Positions 51,719 through 61,571 of a DNA stretch of 64,000 nt are shown here, one piece after another. A program made the translations under genes and the position numbers. Source of the DNA: a virus. Numbering within the stretch: position 1 is the first letter of the stretch; every line of letters starts with the position of its first letter. The stretch lies in the IMG/VR virus record IMGVR_UViG_3300005805_000048, one strand, 5' to 3'. The notes beneath the pieces were generated by a model that was not told the origin of the DNA, searched no databases, and saw only the letters and a list, made by a program, of their open reading frames with translations.

Positions 51719-51823
51719 TGAAGATTTTCTTTTCTTTTATACGAAGAACAAACGCTAGATTGCGCCAAAATATTCGAAGAATTAAAATGATTATAAAAAG
51801 TTTTCTTAAAAGAAAAGGTCCAT

Positions 51824-52774
51824 ATGTCTATTAAAAGTAAATATAAACTAAGACATAATTTAAATTTTCAAACTAAGAACGCAAATGAAATTGGTCCACT
51901 GAGTAACCCAAAATCAGAGTATAATACACCTTGGTTATACAGTTATAATAGAAATTCTTTTGGATTTAGATCGGCTGAGTTTCACGAAAATACCGAACTA
52001 GTAGCGCTTGGCTGTTCGCACACATATGGTGTTGGTATGCCAGTAGAATATATATGGCCATCTTTCGTTTGTGATATTACTGGCATAAAAGACTGCGTTA
52101 ATCTCGGAATGCCGGGGTCAAGTATTTTTTTTCAGGTGCGACTTCTGGCAAACTATATCAATAAATACGGACCACCTAAAATAGTTCTTGCAAATTTTCC
52201 GGATCTTAATAGGTACGAGGCAGTAGACGATGATGGTGATATCAAGTATGGAAGTACGGAAGATGTTTGGTTTGAGGATTTCTCGAAAAGTCCAGCCTAT
52301 GCCCACTTCCAGAGTTTGCAGGCCTTAAACTTTCTTGAAGCACTATGTAAATCAAATAACATAAAGTTGATTTGGCAGTTTTGGGCTGGGGTTGGTAATG
52401 ATGTCGGAAATCTTAGAGCTATTTTAGGTGAATTAAAAGATAACTTTTCTCGCTGCATTGATCTACATAATGACAATAAATGGGCCGTATCTCATCAATT
52501 TTTTAAATTTAACAAAAAGAGAAAAGAACTAATGTACTCCGGAAGAAGTCCAATGGTACCCTGCTGCAACAGCTTATACGCAAAAACAAAAGACTGTTTT
52601 CATTTTGCGTACGACAGGTATAATGTTTTATCTAGATATGAAAATATTTACATAGAAAAAGATCTGTTGGAGAATGAGTTATACGACACAATAAATTCCA
52701 ACCCAGGGATGAACGCGCATCTAGGAGCACATTCACACTGGCACTGGGCAAAAAATTTAACCGAAAATATATAG
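51824..52774 (+). CDS. SGNH-hydrolase-like protein, paralogue B
   Basis: LVALGCSHTYGVGMPVEYIWPSFVCDI; paralogue of 50711..51718. Confidence 0.55.
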   Translation: MSIKSKYKLRHNLNFQTKNANEIGPLSNPKSEYNTPWLYSYNRNSFGFRSAEFHENTELVALGCSHTYGVGMPVEYIWPSFVCDITGIKDCVNLGMPGSSIFFQVRLLANYINKYGPPKIVLANFPDLNRYEAVDDDGDIKYGSTEDVWFEDFSKSPAYAHFQSLQALNFLEALCKSNNIKLIWQFWAGVGNDVGNLRAILGELKDNFSRCIDLHNDNKWAVSHQFFKFNKKRKELMYSGRSPMVPCCNSLYAKTKDCFHFAYDRYNVLSRYENIYIEKDLLENELYDTINSNPGMNAHLGAHSHWHWAKNLTENI

Positions 52775-52784
52775 GAGAATCAAT

Positions 52785-53465
52785 ATGTCTTTATACCACA
52801 TGCATGTTCCAAGAACATCCGGCGTTTTTATCAGGAATATTATAGCTGATAGATCCAACATCCAAACCAAAATAGTGGGTCACGGACACGTTCTTGGAGA
52901 CAGAGAATTTGCTAATGCTGAGTTCATTAGTGGCCATTTTGGTGTTGAGCCATTAAAGTATGCTAAAAAAGCTTTTTCTATTATTAGAGATCCAAATAAA
53001 CTAACTTTTAGCTACATAAAACACATTCATACAAGGCTTAAAATGACGATACCTTTTGAAGAGCTTTTAAATATTTATTTATCTCCTTCGGAATTTTCAT
53101 TTGCTGTTACAAATCTAATAACAAAATCCTTAACAGGTACAGTAGATATAGAAGAGTATAATAAGCACTACTCTAGCCAAATTATTATGGTCGATAACTG
53201 TTGGTTTTTAAAAGATCATCTCACTGATCATGACGATGTAATATCCTTTATAGAAGATAAAAATATAAAAATATATATTTATGAATCACAAAATGTTTAC
53301 AGCAATATACTTTCCGATAATCAAATAGACAATATAGATATGGACGACCGCAAGGCTGTCAATAATACAGCAAGGACTTTTGATTATTTATATGATAAGT
53401 ATTTTGATAAAATAAATGAGCTTAATGATATTGACAGGAAAGTTTATGATTATTTTAAGAGATAA
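52785..53465 (+). CDS. Sulfotransferase-like protein
   Basis: MHVPRTSGVFIRNII ... SIIRDPNKLTFSYIKHI. Confidence 0.65.
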   Translation: MSLYHMHVPRTSGVFIRNIIADRSNIQTKIVGHGHVLGDREFANAEFISGHFGVEPLKYAKKAFSIIRDPNKLTFSYIKHIHTRLKMTIPFEELLNIYLSPSEFSFAVTNLITKSLTGTVDIEEYNKHYSSQIIMVDNCWFLKDHLTDHDDVISFIEDKNIKIYIYESQNVYSNILSDNQIDNIDMDDRKAVNNTARTFDYLYDKYFDKINELNDIDRKVYDYFKR

Positions 53466-54045
53466 AAAAGATGATTGGTCTTTTGTAAAAATTGGTTATT
53501 TTGATATTTCTGAAACAAAAAAAGAAATTGCTAGTTACTTTTCTGAGTGGCTTGTTGATACTGATAGGCAGAAAGAATTTGTGACTCATGAAGACACTCT
53601 TACTCTGCAGTTAAGGTCTTTTGATTATCTTTGGTACGTTGGCGAAAAATCTCTATCTACTGTAAAACATACACTGAAAAATTCAGTTTCAAAAAAAGAA
53701 TTAAAAAATATATACTCTGCACTAGAGCTACTTTATAATGGCAAGGTAATAAGATCTGAAATTGTTAATCTAAAACCCTATGGACGCATAAGAAGCCACA
53801 AAGACAGAGGTGATAATTTATATCTTGGTAGAAGAATACACGTACCAATAAAAACAAATCACCACTGTACGTTTGAGGTCGGCAATGAATCTATCGTAAT
53901 GCAGGAGGGGTGTGCATATGAGATTAATAATTCAAAATATCATAAAGTAAGCAACTACTACTCGCAAAACAGAATTCATCTAATCGTTGACGTAATGCCA
54001 AGCGAATATATAGATGGAATTGTTTTTGAAGAGGACACTTTATGA
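53446..54045 (+). CDS. Aspartyl/asparaginyl hydroxylase-like (2OG-Fe) protein
   Basis: LKPYGRIRSHKDRGDNLYLGRRIHVPIKTNHHCTFEVGNESIVMQEGCAYEINNSKYHKVSN. Confidence 0.7.
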   Translation: MIILRDKKDDWSFVKIGYFDISETKKEIASYFSEWLVDTDRQKEFVTHEDTLTLQLRSFDYLWYVGEKSLSTVKHTLKNSVSKKELKNIYSALELLYNGKVIRSEIVNLKPYGRIRSHKDRGDNLYLGRRIHVPIKTNHHCTFEVGNESIVMQEGCAYEINNSKYHKVSNYYSQNRIHLIVDVMPSEYIDGIVFEEDTL

Positions 54046-54275
54046 AACTAAATAATGGCAAGTATCTATGCCCGTTTTGTTTGAGTAGTACACACTGCGA
54101 TGGTCCCCACATAGAAGAGGGTTACGAAAAAAACTTTTTAGAATACATATTAAAAGTTAAAGAAGATTATATTGAAACTACACTGCAGTGTTTGAGGGAG
54201 TTTTCTTTTGAAAAAAACATAGACTTAAATGAACTAACTAATTCAATTGTTGAAAAACTCCAGAAAAGAAATTAG
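54042..54275 (+). CDS. Small hypothetical protein
   Basis: 77 aa ORF with CPFCLSSTHCDG. Confidence 0.5.
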   Translation: MKLNNGKYLCPFCLSSTHCDGPHIEEGYEKNFLEYILKVKEDYIETTLQCLREFSFEKNIDLNELTNSIVEKLQKRN

Positions 54276-55045
54276 TTGTTTTCTTTTATAATATTATTTC
54301 CGTACTGATCTGTGTAATATAAATCGTCTACTTGGTTGCGATGCCTAACGTAAAAGCCATTTTTATAAGACCTAAACATTTTAACTTGATCGGATCCTTT
54401 TCCATTTATTCCAGAAACATAATGACCTATGATAGATTCTCGTGGTATATCTGTATTAACTGGGTTTAAACCCCTATGAATAGTGTGGCCCTGCCATAAA
54501 AGAACACTACCTTTTCTGGGAAGAAACACCTGCGGCTGTCCTTTGTTGTTTATTACGTTTTGTATGTACACTACAATTTGTTCTGGGTTAGGATTTTTGT
54601 ATATTGAAAAATCAAAATCCCAATTATTAGATCCTGGTATAAAAGCAAACGGACCTGAATCGGGGTTTATATCTTGCAACGCTATCCAGAGACCAACGTA
54701 ATTCGACGCAGAAACAGTGTCATTTTGGTTATAGTCGTGATGCCATGTTTTTTCTGTAGAATACCATGGAGTAAAAGAAAGGTGTAAAGCCATTTTTTCT
54801 AATCCAACTTCATCAAATAATCTATAAACATTATCGTGACAAAGAATCTCTAGGATGGGCTCGTGGTCCATAAATGGATTTGATTCTTTCCAACCCATTT
54901 TATTTTCCATAGAAACAACAGTTCCATCGTACTGAGGAGCGTGGCTGCTTATCCAATATTCTCTGTACATTTGGATAACATTATCCGGTATTAGATCTTC
55001 AACAACTACATATCCATTTTCTTGAAAAAAATTACGTCTGTTCAT
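54272..55045 (-). CDS. Phytanoyl-CoA dioxygenase-like 2OG-Fe protein
   Basis: WHHDYNQNDTVSASNYVGLWIALQDI, FIPGSN, LWQGHTIHRGLNPVNTDIPRESIIGHY. Confidence 0.85.
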   Translation of the reverse strand: MNRRNFFQENGYVVVEDLIPDNVIQMYREYWISSHAPQYDGTVVSMENKMGWKESNPFMDHEPILEILCHDNVYRLFDEVGLEKMALHLSFTPWYSTEKTWHHDYNQNDTVSASNYVGLWIALQDINPDSGPFAFIPGSNNWDFDFSIYKNPNPEQIVVYIQNVINNKGQPQVFLPRKGSVLLWQGHTIHRGLNPVNTDIPRESIIGHYVSGINGKGSDQVKMFRSYKNGFYVRHRNQVDDLYYTDQYGNNIIKENN

Positions 55046-55048
55046 AAC

Positions 55049-56131
55049 CTAAAGTTTATCAGCTTCAGTTACCGATATCTTACCCCTTAGGTTATTATCA
55101 ACAACAACCTTTTTAGAATCATAAGCTTTCTTTAAACCCTCATCACCTTCTAGGGTTCTATTTTGAAATAATGGATTTGGCTTCTTATGAAGTGCTTGTT
55201 GATCTTTTTGGTATTCTACATACAAACAATACTTTTTATAGTCATCAAATATATTATCCATCCAGTGAGGATAACACCAGTCTGTTAATTCATTCCACTC
55301 TCTTAAAAAGACCATTACTTCTTCGTGTGGGCTACCCTGGCTCATGAATTCCAAATAGCCATATCTAACTCCAGACTTAACTGTCTTTACTCCATGAGTA
55401 GCGTAAAAATTACATGGAAAAATAACTACGTCGCCCATTTTTGGGGCATATTCGATATCAAGATACGGGAAAAATAATTCTCCACCAGTGTAGTTTGTTC
55501 CATCAAGCTTAGATGAATCACTAACGCAGTCATTCATGTAGGCTGAAACAGCTATCACTTGCCTAATCTGCATTTGTCCTTTGGGGATATATCTTTTACC
55601 CTCTGTTGCTCTATAGTTTGAGTCGTTGTCATTATGGATTCCAAGGTACATACCTTCGTCGTATCTTATGATATGACCTCTACTTCTCCACCAAAGCGTT
55701 GGTAAAACCATGGGAAATTCATCAACATATTTTATAACACACTTATATATTTGATCTTCCCAGTATTTAAATAGATCCACCATAGCTGGCTCGGTGTTAT
55801 CTCTTACTGGTTGGAGAACTCTTACGGGGACCTCTCTCAACTGCTCCAGGGAGAACTTATTGTGATCCTCATTTAAAGCGTAGGTATTGCCAGCCTCATC
55901 TTTTTTGAAAGTCCATCTTTGCTCATGCGCTTCTTGGGCATTTTTATCAATCCAAGCAGAGACTGACTTAAGCGATTCTGATGTTATGTTAAGGGCGTTT
56001 TCAAAAACAATTACACCGCCACCTAGATTGCGAACTTTTATCTTGGATATTTCCTCAAGCGCGGCTTCATCTATATGCGGAAAAGAAGCGGCGTATCGAT
56101 TGTTATTTAACTCTATTGACATATTTGCCAA
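55049..56131 (-). CDS. 2OG-Fe(II) oxygenase (prolyl-hydroxylase-like)
   Basis: LGIHNDNDSNYR, GGELFFPYLDIEYAPKMGDVVIFPCNFYATHGVKTVKSGVRYGYLEFM. Confidence 0.8.
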   Translation of the reverse strand: MANMSIELNNNRYAASFPHIDEAALEEISKIKVRNLGGGVIVFENALNITSESLKSVSAWIDKNAQEAHEQRWTFKKDEAGNTYALNEDHNKFSLEQLREVPVRVLQPVRDNTEPAMVDLFKYWEDQIYKCVIKYVDEFPMVLPTLWWRSRGHIIRYDEGMYLGIHNDNDSNYRATEGKRYIPKGQMQIRQVIAVSAYMNDCVSDSSKLDGTNYTGGELFFPYLDIEYAPKMGDVVIFPCNFYATHGVKTVKSGVRYGYLEFMSQGSPHEEVMVFLREWNELTDWCYPHWMDNIFDDYKKYCLYVEYQKDQQALHKKPNPLFQNRTLEGDEGLKKAYDSKKVVVDNNLRGKISVTEADKL

Positions 56132-56132
56132 C

Positions 56133-57050
56133 CTACTCAGAAAGATATTGGTCTATATCCCTTTTCAGTATATCAATTGAAACATCAATTCCAAAACGCT
56201 GTAATGGGTTGGGATAAGGCCCACCACTTGGAAAATCTTCTCTCTCTTCTGTTACTGGATTGTGATCCCTTTTACCGTCTTCGGTGTACTTTTCTGGAAA
56301 CCAATCAAAAGTCTCTCCAAAGATGTTTCTTTCACCCAACATAAATCCGTTAGCATATCTTTTTACCTTGGTTCCTGTTTTGTCAATTAAAAACTTTGTA
56401 AAATTCCCCGTAAGTGGATAAAATACTTTCTTATCTTCAGTGTTTACTCGGTTTACATTAGACCAGGGTACCTCTTCTTCGTGATATGGAACGCCAGTTT
56501 CCTGCAAATCGGCAGCGTAGGCTCCTGTGAGATAAGCCCAAAGGGGGTGTTGATCCTGTTCTTTTATCGAACCCGGTGCGTAATCTTCATCGTATCTGTG
56601 CTTGTCATGTCTTCCATTTGTCAGTTCTGTAAACTCAAAAGTTGTACCAAAGTTTTTTTCCGCGTAGTCCTTTGCCACTTCACCGGGAGTAAGGGGTAGG
56701 TTGTTTTCTTCTATGTAATTTTGTATTCCTTTTTGAAATTCTGGGTAACCATGACAAGTGAAGTCATCTACAACAACGGCAATGATAGAAAAATCCTGCT
56801 CGTCCTTGTATAGTTGGTTTAAAATTTCAAGGTTCCCATGCTGTGGAATATTTCCGCATCCAGCAGCGACGTTGAAAATGAGGGTTACTTTTCCTTTTTG
56901 ATCAGCTAAAATATCTTCTTTTTTACCATCGGCTGATTTTATTTTTACATCATAAACCGAAACAGGAAGTACTGTTTCTTGCGCCTGTAGCTGCTTTTGC
57001 TTCTCAACTAAATCAGGTGATATATTTAATGTTTCTTGCATAGACAGCAC
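56133..57050 (-). CDS. Glutathione-peroxidase/thioredoxin-fold-like protein
   Basis: KGKVTLIFNVAAGCGNIPQHGNLEILNQLYKDEQDFSIIAV. Confidence 0.65.
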   Translation of the reverse strand: MLSMQETLNISPDLVEKQKQLQAQETVLPVSVYDVKIKSADGKKEDILADQKGKVTLIFNVAAGCGNIPQHGNLEILNQLYKDEQDFSIIAVVVDDFTCHGYPEFQKGIQNYIEENNLPLTPGEVAKDYAEKNFGTTFEFTELTNGRHDKHRYDEDYAPGSIKEQDQHPLWAYLTGAYAADLQETGVPYHEEEVPWSNVNRVNTEDKKVFYPLTGNFTKFLIDKTGTKVKRYANGFMLGERNIFGETFDWFPEKYTEDGKRDHNPVTEEREDFPSGGPYPNPLQRFGIDVSIDILKRDIDQYLSE

Positions 57051-57110
57051 TCCTATTTTTGTTATTGATATTATACTACAAATAGTAATTAAACGAGAAT
57101 TACTTTTTTA

Positions 57111-57551
57111 TTAATCTTCGTCTCCAGATTCATCTTCCATGTCTTCATCGTCTTCATCTTCTGAATCTTTTGGATTACCGACGACACCATCTGGTATAGC
57201 AGCTAGGCGACAATAACCACCTGGCTCTATTCTTTGTTTAATTATTTTACAAACAGAATCAGACTCGTGTAATACGCAATTTTCACAGCGTACTCCTATT
57301 TCGTAATTGTCGTTTTCTTCTTCGGGTACGTAACCAACCCATATTCCGTTGCCATCGTTGTCTGAAAGCTTTCCGTATTTTTGAGCTATTCCAAGAAGCG
57401 CATTAGCGAATTCTCTTTCGGCTGCAGCCATTTTTACTTTAGTCATATCCATTGAATGGTCGACTTTTTTCATGGTTGTATTTTTTTTCTTGTTTATCTC
57501 TTCCATTTTATGGATTTGATATTTTACATTTGAAAGCCAGTAATTCGTCAT
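57111..57551 (-). CDS. Hypothetical acidic protein with Cys motif
   Basis: RCENCVLHESDSVCKIIKQRIEPGGYCRLAAIPDG. Confidence 0.55.
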   Translation of the reverse strand: MTNYWLSNVKYQIHKMEEINKKKNTTMKKVDHSMDMTKVKMAAAEREFANALLGIAQKYGKLSDNDGNGIWVGYVPEEENDNYEIGVRCENCVLHESDSVCKIIKQRIEPGGYCRLAAIPDGVVGNPKDSEDEDDEDMEDESGDED

Positions 57552-57631
57552 AATTCCTCTTTTGGATTTTATAATATAGTAGCATCGCCGTTGCGCATTT
57601 GCAAGTCAAATGATATACTCAATAATACACC

Positions 57632-58153
57632 ATGCAAACAAAGAGTTTTTTTAAAAAAGTCTATGATCCATATGAGGATTATACCTTCACAAATGACTAT
57701 TCGATATCCAATAAAGACGCTTCATTTATAGGAGCTGCTTCTAAGATAGCTAAAACATCTGACAATAGGTTCAGGGTAGGTGCTTTGGTTGTAAAATCAG
57801 GTAGAGTTTTAGGCGGTTCGCCAAATATAACAAGAGTTTCACCTAAAACACCACCGAATAGATTTTCTACCCACGCTGAAATAGCAGCTATGGATATAGC
57901 TTCTGAAACTAACGGGGCAACCTTATATATAGCCAGACTCAACAGCGAAAACAGATACTCCATCTCTAAACCATGCGCTTGGTGTATGCAAAAAATAAAG
58001 CAGTATGAGATAAACAGGGTGGTATTTACAACTGATTTTTTTTCATCAAAAAAAGAATCTATATCTTCATTTTATGTTGATGATGTTATATGGGAAACAG
58101 CTAGATTATCTTCTTCTTTTCCTAGTTCTACCGTAAGCGTATCCAGCTCCTAA
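57632..58153 (+). CDS. Cytidine/deoxycytidylate deaminase-like protein
   Basis: THAEIAAMDIA ... KPCAWCMQKIKQYEINRVVF. Confidence 0.8.
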   Translation: MQTKSFFKKVYDPYEDYTFTNDYSISNKDASFIGAASKIAKTSDNRFRVGALVVKSGRVLGGSPNITRVSPKTPPNRFSTHAEIAAMDIASETNGATLYIARLNSENRYSISKPCAWCMQKIKQYEINRVVFTTDFFSSKKESISSFYVDDVIWETARLSSSFPSSTVSVSSS

Positions 58154-58495
58154 GCCACCCAAACTCAACCCCAGTGCTGCCATTTTTAAATTTTCTGGGT
58201 GCAACGGTCCTGCCACAGACCTAGATACGGCTTGAGCTGCGCCCAATCTGCCGCTACTGACTTGCCCAGCCGCAGAAGCCGCAACTGAACTAGCTGTTTG
58301 TTTCCCCACCTGCGCTGCGGTTGAAATTTTGGCTGTCACTGCTGGGCGGGTTATTGCTAAATCCTCAAACCCTATGGATCCCAAAGAATCAAATGTATCG
58401 TCTGCTATTTCGACTACGTCTTCAACAGCGCCTGTTAAAGAATCAATAGCTGCTGTAGCATCATCGACTGGTAATTTTTGTATGTTGTTTTCCAT
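58106..58495 (-). CDS. Ala/Gly-rich hypothetical protein
   Basis: 129 aa ORF preceding an Arg-rich C-terminus. Confidence 0.5.
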   Translation of the reverse strand: MENNIQKLPVDDATAAIDSLTGAVEDVVEIADDTFDSLGSIGFEDLAITRPAVTAKISTAAQVGKQTASSVAASAAGQVSSGRLGAAQAVSRSVAGPLHPENLKMAALGLSLGGLGAGYAYGRTRKRRR

Positions 58496-58496
58496 A

Positions 58497-60062
58497 TTAT
58501 TTAACTATCCCTGCTACTCTCATGGCCGATTGCATTCCTGAAATTATTCTGGATGACGTAGGCACCCTGGAAGCTGTTGTAACAGCTCTTCCAGCAGCTG
58601 GGCCAACTTTAGTAATCGATACCGGTCTTATCGTCCCTGCTATTTCTCCTATTAATTCTGCGCCACCGCTTTGCGCTGACCTTAACACGGCAGATGCTGC
58701 GCCCGAAGCATCATCAGCTAAGCTCGGTAAAATACTCTCTGTTGTCATTGCTGCATGTGCAGCTAATTCTCCAGATCTATTTATTGGCAGTCGGCCTAGA
58801 AGTTCTCCCATTTCTCTTGCGTAATAGTCAGTTTCTTTAGTTCCAATCTTTGTCGTCATATCGTCTATATTTTTTCCTATCAAGGATTCTATTCCACCTT
58901 GTATCCTAGAAACTAAAGGAGAATCAGTAGATTCTAGAACAGTTTTTTGCGCTTGGGTTCTACCTTCGACACTAAGATTTCTTAAGAATGATTTAATTCT
59001 TGGGTCATCGATAGCCTCTTCGCCGTATTTTTCCTGTATTGCCTTGAGTAAAGGATCGGTAGTTCTTTTTTCGTAGGTATTAAATGATTGAAGCTTGCTG
59101 TACCCAAGAGTCCTTTCCAGCAACCTGCCCGGCATATCGTCCGCCGACAAGACTTCTCCACCCTTAGCTCTTTCAATGAATTCATTTTTTACACTGCTTT
59201 TCATAAAGCCAAGATACTCATCTAAAAGAGTTCCGGTACCGGCAGAGCTGGAAGTTCTGCCCAGCATCTGATGAGAGAATCCTTCTGCTCGCGATTCTTC
59301 TAGTGCGTACTGGGTCATGGCGTTCATGTGTGCTGTTTTAAGTTCATCCAATCTTGAAGGAATCGAATATGGACTACCCATATCATCAACTCCAGAAGCG
59401 GATTCAAAAAGCTCCTCCAATCTCCCAGTGCTATTTTCTCTAATATTAGAAATTAAATGTTTTATCCTAGCAGAGGCTCTATTTTTTTCGTCATGAAGTC
59501 CAGATAATTGAGAAAAAGAGTGCCCTATTTCGTGAAATGCTACTTTTGTTTGATAAACATTTCCTTGGGTAACATTATTTAAAACTTGTGGCCCCATAAA
59601 AATAAAGTCAGTTGAACGCCTTGCTTGTCTTAATCCAGATCTTCCAATTCTTTCTCTTTTAAGCATTTTTAAAAGAGCTTTGTGTTGTTCTGAACCAATG
59701 TTTATTTTTTTATGGTATGCTGTTCTCCCTGTTGCAGAAAGCCCTATCGATTCCAGCGCCGAATCATCAACAGCCAACATGGCTGTCTTTGAGGCTACGC
59801 TTCTTCCAGAAACTCTTAACCCCAGTGCGTTACCTTGTTGGTCGGAAAAACCTACACTAAGACTTTCGATATTTGCTGCAGCAAGATCGGCATTTATTTG
59901 GGCTACTTTTTGTTCAATTGCTGCCCTAGCAGTTGAGTTCCCCACCTGGGCTTTAGTTGTATCTTTTATTATCCTTTTTTGTGCGTCGATCATACTCCTA
60001 CCATGATGTAGGATAAATTGATCTACTGTTCTTGTTCCACCAAAACCGGAGAATAAAGCCAT
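58497..60062 (-). CDS. Large hypothetical protein with metalloprotease-like HEIGH motif
   Basis: YQTKVAFHEIGHSFSQLSG in a 521 aa ORF. Confidence 0.6.
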   Translation of the reverse strand: MALFSGFGGTRTVDQFILHHGRSMIDAQKRIIKDTTKAQVGNSTARAAIEQKVAQINADLAAANIESLSVGFSDQQGNALGLRVSGRSVASKTAMLAVDDSALESIGLSATGRTAYHKKINIGSEQHKALLKMLKRERIGRSGLRQARRSTDFIFMGPQVLNNVTQGNVYQTKVAFHEIGHSFSQLSGLHDEKNRASARIKHLISNIRENSTGRLEELFESASGVDDMGSPYSIPSRLDELKTAHMNAMTQYALEESRAEGFSHQMLGRTSSSAGTGTLLDEYLGFMKSSVKNEFIERAKGGEVLSADDMPGRLLERTLGYSKLQSFNTYEKRTTDPLLKAIQEKYGEEAIDDPRIKSFLRNLSVEGRTQAQKTVLESTDSPLVSRIQGGIESLIGKNIDDMTTKIGTKETDYYAREMGELLGRLPINRSGELAAHAAMTTESILPSLADDASGAASAVLRSAQSGGAELIGEIAGTIRPVSITKVGPAAGRAVTTASRVPTSSRIISGMQSAMRVAGIVK

Positions 60063-60093
60063 ATTCTATTAGTAACCATTACTATGGTTATAT

Positions 60094-60411
60094 ATGAGAG
60101 ATCCTATTAGACATGGTGGACTAAACGATCCTGGTCTTAAAAAGCCTGGTATTGTAGACTCTGGTAGATTTAGAAAAAATCAATTTCAAAGAGCAACAGT
60201 TTCTGCACCTAGAGCTATTTCGCCAGGCACTAGAAACGTTGGTATGCGCCAAGCTAAGGTGCCGATCAGGGGTCTACAGGCAAGAGATTCTGTTGGGTTA
60301 GGCTCTGTTGTTACACCTCAGTCAGTGTCAGCTAGAGCTGGAATGCGAGCTAACTTTAGTTGGCCAAGCTTAAACTTCAATAGAAGCAGAAGGTATAACC
60401 CCTACACATAA
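60094..60411 (+). CDS. Small Arg-rich hypothetical protein
   Basis: 105 aa ORF. Confidence 0.4.
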   Translation: MRDPIRHGGLNDPGLKKPGIVDSGRFRKNQFQRATVSAPRAISPGTRNVGMRQAKVPIRGLQARDSVGLGSVVTPQSVSARAGMRANFSWPSLNFNRSRRYNPYT

Positions 60412-60495
60412 TTCGAGATTTATAACTTTTTTGGAAAACGAAAATCGGCTTCTAAAATTTTTTTCAATTTTCATACATATAGGAATTTTAAAATA

Positions 60496-60657
60496 ATGAA
60501 GAAACTAGAAAATATACTTGGATCTATAGTTGGAAAAATTGGCAACGCTTTTATATTGTTGATTATCAGACTTTTTATGAAAAAACAACATGATGAGTTT
60601 CATGCTGCGGTATTAGACTTTCAAGCAAAAGCGGATAAAACGCCAAACTTTAAGTAG
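60496..60657 (+). CDS. Small hypothetical protein
   Basis: MKKLENILGSIVGKIGNAFILLIIRLFMKKQHDEFHAAVLDFQAKADKTPNFK. Confidence 0.45.
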   Translation: MKKLENILGSIVGKIGNAFILLIIRLFMKKQHDEFHAAVLDFQAKADKTPNFK

Positions 60658-60672
60658 TATAAGAAATTTTTT

Positions 60673-61350
60673 TTAAGATTTCTTAACTACTTTTTTCTTC
60701 TTCTTCGAAGGTGGACGACCCAACTTTTTTTGGGGCTTATTTGTTTCTTGCACAAATAGATAAAACGGAGCACCCGTGTGCGGATCAAACTTAGATGCTA
60801 CGCCCAAAGCCTTAAGCGAAAATGATTTAGCTAATGGTATAGTCATCTTTCGCTTTGATCCAAAAGTCGCCTGAAAAGCGCCCAAAGCATAAGCTCCGCC
60901 ACTACCAAGAGCATAGATGCCGTTGGCATCAGAAGCCCAAGAGTAATCTCCATCAATAACGTAAATACTTCCGTTAACGGCAACAAGCACAGTAGAGTCG
61001 TGTTCTGCTATGTGACGTTTCTCCTCGTTGCTTTCTGGCGAAGCGTACCCTTGCTGTTCAAAACATTCACGTAAAGCTGGTATAAACTTTGCTGTCATAA
61101 ACTCATCCAGTTTTTTGCCAGTTGTATTTACCGGTGGTTGAGGCGGCTGAAATACGTGATGCAAGATGTTGATTGCTCTTACGTCTCCAGCAACACCAAC
61201 AAGATACTTTCCGTTGTTTGCAACTTTAGTAGTTCCTTCTCGCAAAGTCATTATTTGAGAAGCGTAGCCACTATCTTCAAATGTCGATATGCGAGAATCA
61301 ACACCAATGACGCAAAAGCCGTCTCCTTGAACTCCAATAATCGTAGTCAT
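60673..61350 (-). CDS. Proteasome beta-subunit/HslV-like Ntn-hydrolase
   Basis: MTTIIGVQGDGFCVIGVDSRIS ... YLVGVAGDVR ... ALGSGGAYALGA. Confidence 0.75.
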   Translation of the reverse strand: MTTIIGVQGDGFCVIGVDSRISTFEDSGYASQIMTLREGTTKVANNGKYLVGVAGDVRAINILHHVFQPPQPPVNTTGKKLDEFMTAKFIPALRECFEQQGYASPESNEEKRHIAEHDSTVLVAVNGSIYVIDGDYSWASDANGIYALGSGGAYALGAFQATFGSKRKMTIPLAKSFSLKALGVASKFDPHTGAPFYLFVQETNKPQKKLGRPPSKKKKKVVKKS

Positions 61351-61571
61351 AGTTAGTCCAGTATACCACTAAATAGTGCGATTAACTAAATTAAATGATA
61401 GGTGCTACAGTTTTAATAAGTATTTTAACCGAAGGCCAAACCTTCTTTATAATTTCAACTACGGTTTTAATAACTTTATTAATCTGACTCACGTATTACT
61501 CCTTTTTAAAAAGATGAACATTATTTTAAAATAGAAGTAATAATAAACTTGTTTGTGATTATCAGCTATTT

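Noticed and set aside
61138-61356. Small plus-strand ORF opposite the proteasome-like gene
   Set aside because: Antisense shadow of a better supported minus-strand gene.
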